Source: a virus. From it: a stretch of 64,000 bases of DNA. The DNA lies in the IMG/VR virus record IMGVR_UViG_3300010883_026915, positions 1-64,000 of that record. One strand, 5' to 3'. The number at the start of each line of letters is the position of its first letter. Within the stretch, counting starts at the first letter, position 1. The translations under genes were made by a program, and so were the position numbers. This document shows positions 50,295 through 61,495 of this stretch, in pieces. Under the pieces are notes generated by a model. The model worked only from the letters and a program-made list of their open reading frames with translations. It was not told where the DNA came from and searched no databases.

Positions 50295-50972
50295 ATGAGT
50301 AAGTCTGAAAAAAGGAATACTAGCAGAAAGCTAAGAAGAGCAAAATCAGAATTAAAGTACTTTATCAATCTATTGAATGATATGAGAGAAGAGAGTGATA
50401 ATTATAATATAGAATGGTACTCTGATTTTAATTTTATAGTAAAGGAACTCGATCTTTGTGATAGAGATAAGAAAGATTTAGAATATAAACATTTAGAAAA
50501 AATTACAAACAAAAAAATAAAAATAGAATCAATAGAAGCAATTGAAGAAAAGATTATAAATAATGAAAAACCAGATTGGGCAAAAAAGCTCTATAGAAAA
50601 ATTGCTAAAACATCACATCCTGATAAAACAATAGATACATATAATTCTAAAAAAATGAATGATATTTTTCAAAAAGCTTCAACAGCATTTAACAAAGAAG
50701 ACTTTAACGTACTTATAGAGATAGCTATAGATTTAGAAATTCAAGTAGAAATATCAAATAGAGATCTACTAGAAAAAGTAAACAAAAGAATAAAATCAGC
50801 AAAAAAAGATATAGCTGATATAGAAAATAGTCCTTACTGGCTGTGGGGCGAAAGCTTAGGTATGGATGATTTACGATTAACACTTTTAGAAAAAATTTTA
50901 AGTAATAAATTTTCAACAAAAGTTAAAAGAGAAAAAATTTTAAACGCACTGGGTGTTTTAAATAATACTTAG
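50295..50972 (+). CDS. J-domain (DnaJ-like co-chaperone) protein
   Basis: AKKLYRKIAKTSHPDK...FQKASTAF: HPD motif between J-domain helices II and III. Confidence 0.75.
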   Translation: MSKSEKRNTSRKLRRAKSELKYFINLLNDMREESDNYNIEWYSDFNFIVKELDLCDRDKKDLEYKHLEKITNKKIKIESIEAIEEKIINNEKPDWAKKLYRKIAKTSHPDKTIDTYNSKKMNDIFQKASTAFNKEDFNVLIEIAIDLEIQVEISNRDLLEKVNKRIKSAKKDIADIENSPYWLWGESLGMDDLRLTLLEKILSNKFSTKVKREKILNALGVLNNT

Positions 50973-51045
50973 TATAAGGATAATAAGACAAATGTCAGCG
51001 TATAAATTCATCGTATGTATATTTACTGTTAAGGAAAACTAAAAA

Positions 51046-52290
51046 GTGTCAGGAATTCTAGATTCAAAGAAGAGAGTTATAGATGCAGTTGTAACTCAAG
51101 AGGGTAAGCGGCAAATATCACTAGGTGGTTTACGAGCTGTATATGCAACTGTTTCTGATAAATGTAGCTATTATGAGAAAGATATTGTAAGCGGATCCGC
51201 AGATGCAACAAAAAGAATATATTTTGAATCACCTATAGAAAATATAAATGATTCAATAACAATGGAAACAGATGACTCTGGTAAACTTCTTGGGTATCCT
51301 GTTAGAGGTGAAGCTTTTTATAATATCGACGGCGCTGTAGAGGGATTGTCCTCTATTAGTGGAACACTAGTGTTAGCTACAAATGATACAGCAACTGGCT
51401 TTGCATCTCTTGCAACTGGAATTATAACTCAATCTCTTGATAGGTTTAGAAATCTAATGTCACTAGGCACAAGAGATTCAAATGAACCTGATAACTTAGC
51501 TACAAGGCTAAATAGAGATAACTATACGTTTACACTAACAAACAATTCACCGTTTTTTCAAGGAAAGCTAAAAGCAATAACAGATGTAGACTTTCTTGAA
51601 CCACTATTTTTTGATGAGAGATTGAGCAATGTTATAAATTTTAAATTTTTACCGCCTATAATAAAAGACTTAACAAAAAAAGAAAAGAAAGATCTAGACG
51701 TAAGAGGTAAAATTCCAAATAGGAAGAAATTTGGAAACTATACTAAGGTTAGCAGACCGTGGAAACTAACATACCAGGATATAATTAGACACTTAAATAC
51801 ACCGACAACAAATGATGTAATACCTACAGGGGGAGTTCCAACTGTAATTACCCTTGAGACGCCTACCGGGTACACCATCGAGCCAGCGGAATTATTAGAA
51901 GAACCTACTGGAAGCCCAGATGCCGACGCAGACGCAGATTTCGATGCCGAAGATGATGAACCTAGTGAGCCATCACTTCCCTATGAGGCTCCTCCAAGCG
52001 AGTCTTATGATGGGTCTACTGTTCTTATAACTATGGATCAACCGTCTAGAGAAAGAGTGCCAGTTATCTTTAAGTCAACATCAAATACAAATAATTTAGT
52101 TATGCAACTTTTTGAACTTAACGAAACAGAAAATAAACTTAAAAAGCTAGACGTAATTGATTTCGGAATTGTTGAAGTCCCTAGTGATAAAAGACACCCT
52201 ACAAAGCAGATATTCTTTGCAGGGAAAATATTTATAAATTCAATAAATTTACCATGTTACGTTAATTTATTTACAATTATTATGGATTAA
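51046..52290 (+). CDS. Putative tail/baseplate protein (N-terminus related to 61568..62284)
   Basis: GILDSKKRVIDAVVTQEGKRQIS N-terminus; internal acidic Pro-rich segment; AAGGA RBS with GTG start. Confidence 0.6.
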   Translation: MSGILDSKKRVIDAVVTQEGKRQISLGGLRAVYATVSDKCSYYEKDIVSGSADATKRIYFESPIENINDSITMETDDSGKLLGYPVRGEAFYNIDGAVEGLSSISGTLVLATNDTATGFASLATGIITQSLDRFRNLMSLGTRDSNEPDNLATRLNRDNYTFTLTNNSPFFQGKLKAITDVDFLEPLFFDERLSNVINFKFLPPIIKDLTKKEKKDLDVRGKIPNRKKFGNYTKVSRPWKLTYQDIIRHLNTPTTNDVIPTGGVPTVITLETPTGYTIEPAELLEEPTGSPDADADADFDAEDDEPSEPSLPYEAPPSESYDGSTVLITMDQPSRERVPVIFKSTSNTNNLVMQLFELNETENKLKKLDVIDFGIVEVPSDKRHPTKQIFFAGKIFINSINLPCYVNLFTIIMD

Positions 52291-52291
52291 A

Positions 52292-55126
52292 ATGATAATA
52301 AGAAAGAAATCAATAAAAGTTCTAAGTAATTCTAAAAGTATATCATCACTTATAGAAAACATAACAGAAAGACAAATTACTAAATCATCCAAATCTAGAT
52401 CTATTAATGGGCAGGCAGTAAATAGCAATACTAAAAAAACAAAAAAAACTAGAGATTTCCATTACTGCATTTTCTTTAATATAGATACAAGGCTTGCAAT
52501 ATCTACAAGTCTTTCAAAAGTAAATTTTAAAATTTTTAAAAACAAGCAAGAATCTGGATTTAAATATTTATCAAATATGCCAAAGAATAATGGGCTAGGA
52601 GTAATTGCAGCAATTTTGGGATCGAAGACTGACAGGAAGAGAAAACTATATGAAATCAACAATCTATCAGTTCTAAATGGTGAAATAGATATAACTTCAA
52701 TAATATTTGAAAAAAGAATAAATTTTAATAAAAGTCAAGACAAGATTTCAAACAAATCTGCACTTGGAGTTTCAAGATACTCAAAAATTGTCAATGTTGG
52801 TAGGCAAAAAAAATTAAAAAAAGATTCAAGATTATATCAGATACACTCACCAACCTCAGATTCTAACCTTATTGAGAATTCTACGTTTGGCTCACTCTAT
52901 CTAAGCTCTTTGGAACTTGGAAAAGATTCTGCATCAATGCTGTCTCCAGTTGTAAATACAACTGGTAAAAATTTTGGGTCACTTATAAAGACAATGAATC
53001 ATAGCAATAACTTCGAATCTGATAAAGTTAAAAATTCTATAAGGGGCATTGTTGAAAACATTCAAAACATTCAAAATACAGATTTAAATAAAATAGCCAA
53101 TAATTCAGAAAATGTTTCAATTATGGCTAAATCTGCAGATAATAAGATTAGTTGTGCTTATAAGCTTATAATTCCAGAAGAGCTTATAGGTAGTAGCACA
53201 GATTCATTTATATTCGAGCTTTCTGTAAGAGATAGTATAACAGGTTTGACTATTCAAAAAATAAATATTCCTATTTTGCATAAAGAAAATATTTCAAACT
53301 ATTATATTCCAGATGAAATTCCAAGAATAAGATTAAACAAGGAGTCAAGAAATAGTAGGACATTTGAATCTTTTTTAAATATTTCTGATACAGATATTGA
53401 TAAAATATCATCAGTTAATCTATCAATAAGAAAAATATCTAGAGATCAGAGATTGGGTGATTCATCTTTTACAAAACCTTTTAAGATTGAACAGCCAGAC
53501 TATATAAAATATCAAAATCAAAAAGGGTATAAAAATGATAATGGATCTTTTAAAATGAATGGATTTTTGCAAAGTTCTGAAAGTACAATGGTCATTGTTA
53601 GGGCTAGTCCTGTAACTAGACTTGGTGAAAATATTTCAAACTTTGATAGTGCAGCTATAGTTGGAAGTCAGTTTGATCTTGGGTATGGTTCATACGATGC
53701 TGTTGTAACATCTGGAGGTATACATATAGATTATATGTGTAATTCTCACTCACTTTCAGGAACCACTATTTTAAAAAGACAAATAGGTAATGAATACGCA
53801 GAGCTTGGCAAATATCCGTCTTCTATATGTAATAATAGTGATATTTATAATAAAGCCTCTCCTAATCATAATGATTTTATTGCGCGTTACGATGATGGTA
53901 ATTCACTTGGTCTCGGAGCATCTTCTATAGTTGATCCTTTTACACAAGAGGGTAAAATTGTAGAATATAGAATGCTACTTCACTTAAAAAACGGCGGCAG
54001 TAGACTACTTGGAAAAACTGTAACAGTTCTTGATAAGAGACCTATGAATTATTTAAAAGTTAAAGCTACTGATAGAGAAGTTTTCGCAATGCTAAATAAA
54101 AATAGCCCTAGTGACACACATGTTGAGGCTAAGAGTAATTCAGTAAGTATTGGAGTAAAGTTTAAAATAGATTTCGATATGGTAAAGACATCTACTGATA
54201 TGATACTTGACACACTTAGATCTATTGGCAATGAAGAAATATTTTCAAAAGATGTTAATAATATCAAGTCAGCTCTTAGCGACATGGTATTGTTTGGTGT
54301 AACAAGAGTAAACTTGTCTAACACTACGTCAGATTTTCTTGGATACTATAGCCAGGGTGAATTTTTAGATGATGGATCAATTGTATCCGGAGTATTATAT
54401 AGGTACTATATAAGAGCATATCTTATTAATCCTGAGCTAGTATCTAAAAGCAAGACTATTGCGCAGGCTTATAAAAAAGAAAAATCTCTAAAAATAAGCG
54501 AAATTATAATTCCGAGAAAGCTAAATGAAATACAAAACTCAGCAATGAATAGCAACGAGTCTTTAGCTTCAAATGACGAAATTTCACAAGGTATGTCTGC
54601 AAATAGTGCAAATATTATTAAGAATAGATTTCAAATGTTAAAAACATATAAAAACTTTTCTGAAAAAGGGTTACTTAAATCTACCCTAGATGATAATATT
54701 GCAAGTGATCAAGAATATGATATTTCTAAATTTTGTACTGGAGACTACCTCTCATTTGAAGTAGAAAAATCATCATCAAATTTTTCAATTACTTCAAAAA
54801 ACTCTTCATTTACAAGATCTTCATCAGGTATACCAGTATTAAGATTTTCAGTAAATACAATCGATGAATTTTCATCAATTTCAAAAATAGACTATTTTGT
54901 AATAACATGTAAACGACAGGATAATATATCAATTTGCGGAACTTGTCACAATGATATGTCAGGTAAGATTACATTTGTAGATTATATAAACAAAGATTAT
55001 ATAGGGACTGTTGAATACTCTGTAGCTATAGTTCTTGTAGACGGATCAATAAAGGCTGGAAATGTACTTGGAAAATTTATACTAAAAAATATGAAACCGG
55101 AAAAAATACTAATGAGTAGCTACTGA
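52292..55126 (+). CDS. Large hypothetical protein (structural module)
   Basis: 944-aa ORF; FN3-end-like segments (D....GKIVEYRM, D....GVLYRYYI, DY....IGTVEYSV). Confidence 0.65.
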   Translation: MIIRKKSIKVLSNSKSISSLIENITERQITKSSKSRSINGQAVNSNTKKTKKTRDFHYCIFFNIDTRLAISTSLSKVNFKIFKNKQESGFKYLSNMPKNNGLGVIAAILGSKTDRKRKLYEINNLSVLNGEIDITSIIFEKRINFNKSQDKISNKSALGVSRYSKIVNVGRQKKLKKDSRLYQIHSPTSDSNLIENSTFGSLYLSSLELGKDSASMLSPVVNTTGKNFGSLIKTMNHSNNFESDKVKNSIRGIVENIQNIQNTDLNKIANNSENVSIMAKSADNKISCAYKLIIPEELIGSSTDSFIFELSVRDSITGLTIQKINIPILHKENISNYYIPDEIPRIRLNKESRNSRTFESFLNISDTDIDKISSVNLSIRKISRDQRLGDSSFTKPFKIEQPDYIKYQNQKGYKNDNGSFKMNGFLQSSESTMVIVRASPVTRLGENISNFDSAAIVGSQFDLGYGSYDAVVTSGGIHIDYMCNSHSLSGTTILKRQIGNEYAELGKYPSSICNNSDIYNKASPNHNDFIARYDDGNSLGLGASSIVDPFTQEGKIVEYRMLLHLKNGGSRLLGKTVTVLDKRPMNYLKVKATDREVFAMLNKNSPSDTHVEAKSNSVSIGVKFKIDFDMVKTSTDMILDTLRSIGNEEIFSKDVNNIKSALSDMVLFGVTRVNLSNTTSDFLGYYSQGEFLDDGSIVSGVLYRYYIRAYLINPELVSKSKTIAQAYKKEKSLKISEIIIPRKLNEIQNSAMNSNESLASNDEISQGMSANSANIIKNRFQMLKTYKNFSEKGLLKSTLDDNIASDQEYDISKFCTGDYLSFEVEKSSSNFSITSKNSSFTRSSSGIPVLRFSVNTIDEFSSISKIDYFVITCKRQDNISICGTCHNDMSGKITFVDYINKDYIGTVEYSVAIVLVDGSIKAGNVLGKFILKNMKPEKILMSSY

Positions 55127-55127
55127 T

Positions 55128-58100
55128 ATGCCTAGAAAAACAACAGAAATACCAATTGAAGTTCATTCTTTGCCAGTTGTTGAAGAACCTGGAGCGATTA
55201 CTGAAATAAAACCTTCTTCATATTCCCTGGGATCTAGTATTGTGGTCAGCGGACCAACACTTCCGTGGTCGTCTCCTGAAGATATTGATACTCTACCTCC
55301 GGGGGATCCTGTTTTCACATCAGGCGGCGGTGGTAGCAGTTATGACATGGGAAGTCTTTCAATAGATTTTAATTATGATAGCTTCTATCTAAATCCATCT
55401 CTTGAAACCATGCTAAATAGAAGAGGATTTTCAACACAGCGTGCAGAAATTTTAGGAATGTTTAATTATAAGGCACCGCTTGAATCAGGCGATCCTGCAT
55501 ACGGCCCTGATGCTAATTATCTAATAACTCCATATGGTGAACTATTCGACTATCAGTGTCAACTAAAGCAATTACGATATAATGATGCAATGTATTTTTT
55601 AACTACTCTTTTAGGGTTTGATTTATCACCGCAAACTCTTGGTTATATTTTAACTCCTGGATCTAGCCCAGGGCTATTTGCTAATCAAGAAGATCAGGAG
55701 ATGTACTTACAAGAATATCAAAATGAAATGTCTCTTGCAAAAGATGTTCTTGATTATTTAAGAATTATATACAATGCTGTTACAGAATTTATAAATGCAC
55801 AGCAAATAATATATGATACACACAGAATATTTTATCCAAGCGAAGATCTTAGTGCAGGCTACAGCAGCGGCGAGCTTGGAGATAGTTATCTTAATGTCTC
55901 AAATAACTTACCATCTGTTAGTTTTGATTACAATGGTAGTCATCTGACTGGCAAACTTCCTAATATTTTTATATCTGCAGAATATCAAGGTATGAGAGAT
56001 TTTTTTGAAGATTTTGGACTTGGTTACTCATGGGCTAGACATGCATCTTGTACAACACAAGTTGCTCAAATAGCAAGAATTGCTCTTTCTTCTGTAGCAG
56101 TAGAGAATTTTAAAGTACCTGGTTCTTCTTGGACACCGATCGAGACAATGTCTGATAGATTTTCTGAAAACTGGTATTCTAATAAGATAGCGGGTATTGG
56201 GTGGTACCGCGATTCAACAAATTCAGCATACGAAAAAAATGCTTTTAATGTAAGGCGAGCTAAAAGTGACGGTACAAAGATTAATTTTTGGAATATGTGC
56301 TCTGACGGTGAAGTAAGGCCGCTAGACTCTGGAGACTCTAATCGGATGAGTGAGTTGTTGGACACTTTTTCCCGAGGTGAGGCTTCATCACCTGAAGATT
56401 CACAAAGATCAAATTTGTTATATGCATCAACAATCGACTATATACAGGGCATCTATATTAGCAGCCTAAGAGATGCTGGTCAGACACTTGGACAGTTTCC
56501 AGTAGCTTCATTGCACCAGAATAGTATTGTAAAGAGTCTTGTAAATAAGCACTTTGGAACTGAAGCAAGTAATTTTACAGGTACCCATGGACTATTAGAT
56601 AATCTACCTAGAAATCCAAATTGCTTAATTAGATCAATTGTTGGAAAAAATAGAGATCCAGCAATAAATGATAATAGAGATGCAATTGAAAACTATACAT
56701 CTTCAAACTATAATCTTGCAAAAACAGTAACATTATCAAGAAATGGAAGATCATATTATTGCGATGAAGTTACAACAGTAGAGGTAGACGAAGTTCAGGA
56801 AAGGCTAGTAGCTTTAATGGATAGTCTAAGAATGGGCGGAGAAACACTTGGAGATTTCGCACGACTCACATGTATAGAGGGTACAGCAAGTATAAATGTA
56901 ATTGATGGAGATTCATCCACAACACTTGATATAGAGGACATTTCGCAACCAGCATACGAGTCTGGTACTGACTCTGGTTTTATCCAGCCAAGCTCTATTA
57001 TGCACTTTATAGCGTTAGCTATTCAAAGAATAACCAGTGCCCATCTCGATCATAATGAGGCTGATCTCGGCGCTGACACATCATCTAATGTCGCAGTCAC
57101 AACCCTATCTGGTTTCACTCCAATGCTTATTACAACATTGGCAATGGAAAGTAAGAAAATCAAAGCAAGCCTTCTCGGACTTTTAATTGCAAGGTGGAAT
57201 TGGTATTATAAAGTTGGCGGCGAAGCTGGCGATCGTGATGAAGACTTGAAAAATTTGCAAGATGTCGCAAGGACACTTATGAACCAGGTCGTACATGCTG
57301 TCTATAATGATTTTTATGATCATATAGCATGGACCGTTTCCGATGACCCAGACATGGCCGGTGAAGAGAGAGTCAGTGCCTTTGACTCAGGTCGTGTTCG
57401 TCACCCAATGTGTAAATGGGGATATGCAACATCAGCTGATGATAAGAAGATAACGCAGACGAATTTTAAATACAAGCTAAATTCAGGCTGGTCAGTATAT
57501 CCAAGAGGATCTATTGGTGTGGTAGTGACCCTCGAATCCAGTGAGAGCACCGACTGGTCCAAAGCGGCGTTTAAAGATTACATCGATTTTTCTAAGTTTG
57601 GTCCACAGATTGAGTATGCACTATTTGGTAATCAGGAAGACGGAAGGTGTACAGTTCTTGAGTCTAAAAGCTGGGGCGACGATATTGATCACCTATTTTT
57701 TGATGCACCACTTATTGCTGTTAGGGATTTTGAGACGATGGTATGTGATGCAGCAGGTGTTAGTAGGGATACTGAATATACATCTAGAAATCATTCATCT
57801 CAATCAAGGATAATTGCTGCATTTAATTCTTGTTGCAACATATGGCATAATGGATTGAGAATGGGATTTGCTTCTAGCACAACTTCAGGCAGTAGCCACG
57901 TAATCGACACCGAAGTCCTAACAGCTGGTGGTCCCGCTCCAGAGACAGGGCTTTCAGGCCACTTCAAAAAAGTCTGGCTAGCATATAATGAAAGGGCACT
58001 TTTTAGCATGTACAATGCATGTCAAAATTTTACAAAACATTTTCCACCATGTTATGGAGCAAGCTACTCAGACTTTCAAGTTACTGATATTAAAAATGAT

Positions 58101-59510
58101 CCCTGGGATGTAGATGGAGAATATATTCTTGATAGAGAAGAGTTTCAAGCAGACGATTCCAGAGAGTTCTCTCCACCGTCTGTAAGAGGATATGACTATG
58201 ATATACGTAAAATTTATTCTGCAATCAGTGATGATTACTGTGCAATGGTGATGAAGGAAAGAACATCACATAGTCTTATGCTATTTACTGCAAAGTTATT
58301 TGATAGGCTAAGTGCAGCAGCAGGAAATCTTTATGATACAATTGTTGGAACATCAATCGAGCAGGATACATATCAATCTGCTCTAGAAAATATATTTGCA
58401 GATGAAAGGTTTCAAAGTTCAACAATGCTATCAATATCAAGAGACCAGCTTTGTACAAATTGGGCATTATACGATTCTCTTAGCGTTCCAAATAGAGAGT
58501 ATCCGTATGTCCCAGCAACAAAAATAGCAACAACTAATCAGTCAATAAATCTTGCCGGATTTGTGAAAGATGAACGGCTTCTAAATACATCTGATATGAG
58601 AAGAAGATATATTATGCCAATAGGTATTACAGCTGGTTTAATTGAAGCACTACGATATAGAATGATGGATGAGACTGGAGATCTTAGCTATAGATTTTCA
58701 AACTTGATAGAAGTATCTGTTTTTAAAAGAGATCTTCTTGATGAATCAAAGCTCTATTATCCAAAAAGGTTTCCATTTGATACTTCAAAATATATAATTA
58801 CAGGCAGACCAAATCCAACATCAGTGGGAGATGATCTAGACGGTGATTCACAAACAGCAAGTCCGCAAGACTATGCTCGCGTTAGAGAGAGTATGGTCTA
58901 TAGGACATATACTCCTGATGGCAATATAGAGACTTTGGTAGGAACTAGTTACCCAACACTATGGAAAACTGCGGATGAATCTATCAGTAGCGGCGATGTT
59001 GACAAAAACCACGCCATGGATCATCAGCTTAAAACACTTATGAAGTTAACAACGGGTTTTGATCTTTCTGAGGATGTATTTCCCTTTCTTGAGAATTTTG
59101 TATTTTTTGATGAGCCTGATGATAATAGACAGGATATATACGAGTCATTAGTAGACACAGCTCAGGTTTCATTTACAGATAATGATCTTGAAACAGCACT
59201 AAATTATGATAGACTTATAGGGGAAATAAAACGGTCAATAATTGTAAGCCCTAAGAAGTATAGAAATAGAATAGTATATCCAAAAGTATTTGCAAGAACA
59301 TTTTGTATTTTTATAGATCCTAATGAGTTTGAAGTTATGCCTGATAAGGAAGATGAAGACTCAGATGCAACTTTTACTGTCCTAGATGGCACGATATCTG
59401 ATGAATATACACAATATTATGTTACAATTAAGCTTCTTCCTGACTTTACTTCCCCAGGAGCGTACACAGAGTATTCGTATTCTGTATTCACCGCCACTGA
59501 GGCAGAATAA
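55128..59510 (+). CDS. Very large acidic hypothetical protein
   Basis: 1460-aa ORF with no recognised motif; coupled (TAATG) to the next gene. Confidence 0.7.
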   Translation: MPRKTTEIPIEVHSLPVVEEPGAITEIKPSSYSLGSSIVVSGPTLPWSSPEDIDTLPPGDPVFTSGGGGSSYDMGSLSIDFNYDSFYLNPSLETMLNRRGFSTQRAEILGMFNYKAPLESGDPAYGPDANYLITPYGELFDYQCQLKQLRYNDAMYFLTTLLGFDLSPQTLGYILTPGSSPGLFANQEDQEMYLQEYQNEMSLAKDVLDYLRIIYNAVTEFINAQQIIYDTHRIFYPSEDLSAGYSSGELGDSYLNVSNNLPSVSFDYNGSHLTGKLPNIFISAEYQGMRDFFEDFGLGYSWARHASCTTQVAQIARIALSSVAVENFKVPGSSWTPIETMSDRFSENWYSNKIAGIGWYRDSTNSAYEKNAFNVRRAKSDGTKINFWNMCSDGEVRPLDSGDSNRMSELLDTFSRGEASSPEDSQRSNLLYASTIDYIQGIYISSLRDAGQTLGQFPVASLHQNSIVKSLVNKHFGTEASNFTGTHGLLDNLPRNPNCLIRSIVGKNRDPAINDNRDAIENYTSSNYNLAKTVTLSRNGRSYYCDEVTTVEVDEVQERLVALMDSLRMGGETLGDFARLTCIEGTASINVIDGDSSTTLDIEDISQPAYESGTDSGFIQPSSIMHFIALAIQRITSAHLDHNEADLGADTSSNVAVTTLSGFTPMLITTLAMESKKIKASLLGLLIARWNWYYKVGGEAGDRDEDLKNLQDVARTLMNQVVHAVYNDFYDHIAWTVSDDPDMAGEERVSAFDSGRVRHPMCKWGYATSADDKKITQTNFKYKLNSGWSVYPRGSIGVVVTLESSESTDWSKAAFKDYIDFSKFGPQIEYALFGNQEDGRCTVLESKSWGDDIDHLFFDAPLIAVRDFETMVCDAAGVSRDTEYTSRNHSSQSRIIAAFNSCCNIWHNGLRMGFASSTTSGSSHVIDTEVLTAGGPAPETGLSGHFKKVWLAYNERALFSMYNACQNFTKHFPPCYGASYSDFQVTDIKNDPWDVDGEYILDREEFQADDSREFSPPSVRGYDYDIRKIYSAISDDYCAMVMKERTSHSLMLFTAKLFDRLSAAAGNLYDTIVGTSIEQDTYQSALENIFADERFQSSTMLSISRDQLCTNWALYDSLSVPNREYPYVPATKIATTNQSINLAGFVKDERLLNTSDMRRRYIMPIGITAGLIEALRYRMMDETGDLSYRFSNLIEVSVFKRDLLDESKLYYPKRFPFDTSKYIITGRPNPTSVGDDLDGDSQTASPQDYARVRESMVYRTYTPDGNIETLVGTSYPTLWKTADESISSGDVDKNHAMDHQLKTLMKLTTGFDLSEDVFPFLENFVFFDEPDDNRQDIYESLVDTAQVSFTDNDLETALNYDRLIGEIKRSIIVSPKKYRNRIVYPKVFARTFCIFIDPNEFEVMPDKEDEDSDATFTVLDGTISDEYTQYYVTIKLLPDFTSPGAYTEYSYSVFTATEAE

Positions 59511-61495
59511 TGACAACAGCAGAAACATTTTATGAGCTATTGCAGGATGAGCTAGGCCTCACAGAGACAAATCAATACCCATCAGCACCTGTGACAACAG
59601 TTGATCTAAGAGAGCCCATAAGTGTATCATCAGATTTTTTTTATAATTACTATACACGAGATGAAAGAACAGCAGATCCTGATACAAGTGGTATAATTGA
59701 TATATCACCTGAATCTGAATCTCTTGAGATAGCAAAGAAGCGTCAAAAAGCGCCGAGATCAGCTATAATAAATATCAAAGTTCCAGCAAAGTTGCCCCCG
59801 GATAGTTCATATGTAGATGTTCAGGCAAGAAAGTTTATTATTGAAAATTATATAACTAGATTTCCAAAAAAGATAGTCTTTGAAGGTGCTGTTGCAAATA
59901 CAAGATTTTCTTCTATAATACTTCAAGATAATCAAATAGACGATACATTTTATAAGACTCTTAGTCAATCTGTTGCATTTAAAGAATCATACTCAAAAAC
60001 ATCAACAGCTAGTGAACTAGGAAATGTTCTTGATAGATACTTTACATCACCTATGGCATATGCTAGTGCGACGCCATCTACAATAAGAAAAGTTATGTCA
60101 AACTATCAGCCAGCAGGTGTTGCATATGCACCGACAGATGCTAGGCGAGAAGTTATAGCTGAAGCTCTTAGGGACGTAAGGTTTGTAGAATATAATTTTA
60201 CTATAAACAATGCAATTGCTCATAATGTAATACTAGGGGGTCTTGAAGATAGAGGAAATATTTATCAAGATGAACTAATAGGTGTTGAAGATGATGCAAA
60301 AGATGTTCAAAGATTTTTTCTTTCAACGATAAATCCGGCAATAATAGATGGATCAGAATTTGAGCTTGAACTAGCTGCTATGACAGTAGAGACGAAAGGA
60401 GATATTGAATCTGCTGGATTATCTGTTGACGAAAGCTCAGTTCCTATTGGGTTGTACATCGAGAAGCACGAAATTCAGACTATGGGAGACGGATCATTTA
60501 AAACTACAAGATGTGACCCAATAGTTATTAAAGACTATGGAAACTTTAATATTTTCGACAGTCGGATAAGATACGGAGCTACTTATATATACAGGGTTAG
60601 AATTATATACTGCACTGTTTATGAAGCTACTGCAATAGATCCAGAATCAATTACTGAATCAGAGATAGTATTTGCAACATCTATGGTTGCATCTCAAGGT
60701 ATAAAAACACAAGTTATGTGTGTAGAAAATATACCGCCTGATCCTCCTAGAAATTTAAGATTTAATTATGACTTTTTTGATAATAGTCTTGACATATTTT
60801 GGGAAGAACCGACAAATCCTCAGAGAGACGTTGTAAGATATCAAATATTTAAAAGAGGATCACTTGATGTTCCATTTACACTTGTAAGAGAGCTAGATTT
60901 TGACAAATCTACAAGTAAGGTTGTACCTCTAGAGAAAGCTCCAAAGAGTAAACTAACCAAAGTGTCAGGACCAAGAAAATTTCTTAAAGATAGAACGTTC
61001 AAGAGAGAAACACCAGAAATTTATGCACTTGCCTGTGTAGATGCAAGAGGTTTAACATCATTGTACTCAGAGCAAATATTAGTTTCTTTTGATAGATATA
61101 AAAATAAAATAGAGCGTGAAAGAATTTCACCTCCAAAAGCACCAAAGCCATACCCTAATCTATATTTGAATCGTGATTTGTTCGTAGATACAATGAGATC
61201 TTCAGATGCATCAAGAATGAGAATATATTTTGATCCAGAATATTTCGATGTTCAGCAAAGTACGATGTATGAAGCAACTATAACTACATATGACGAAAAG
61301 ACAGGCGCAGCCATACATTCTACAAAAGAATACACAGGGACATCATCTCTAGAGCTTATAAAAGCTAAATATAAGTTGCAGCTTATAAATGTAGATTTGC
61401 AAGATGCAAATATTTTTGATATAAATATTAACAACCTTACATTTGATATAACTGAGATTCCAGTAACTAGTGCAACAATTAAAACTGTATTTTAA
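59510..61495 (+). CDS. Fibronectin-type-III-containing virion protein
   Basis: D.RIRYGATYIYRVR and PPDPPRNL.F...W..P......RYQIFKR...IYALACVDARG..S.YS. Confidence 0.7.
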   Translation: MTTAETFYELLQDELGLTETNQYPSAPVTTVDLREPISVSSDFFYNYYTRDERTADPDTSGIIDISPESESLEIAKKRQKAPRSAIINIKVPAKLPPDSSYVDVQARKFIIENYITRFPKKIVFEGAVANTRFSSIILQDNQIDDTFYKTLSQSVAFKESYSKTSTASELGNVLDRYFTSPMAYASATPSTIRKVMSNYQPAGVAYAPTDARREVIAEALRDVRFVEYNFTINNAIAHNVILGGLEDRGNIYQDELIGVEDDAKDVQRFFLSTINPAIIDGSEFELELAAMTVETKGDIESAGLSVDESSVPIGLYIEKHEIQTMGDGSFKTTRCDPIVIKDYGNFNIFDSRIRYGATYIYRVRIIYCTVYEATAIDPESITESEIVFATSMVASQGIKTQVMCVENIPPDPPRNLRFNYDFFDNSLDIFWEEPTNPQRDVVRYQIFKRGSLDVPFTLVRELDFDKSTSKVVPLEKAPKSKLTKVSGPRKFLKDRTFKRETPEIYALACVDARGLTSLYSEQILVSFDRYKNKIERERISPPKAPKPYPNLYLNRDLFVDTMRSSDASRMRIYFDPEYFDVQQSTMYEATITTYDEKTGAAIHSTKEYTGTSSLELIKAKYKLQLINVDLQDANIFDININNLTFDITEIPVTSATIKTVF

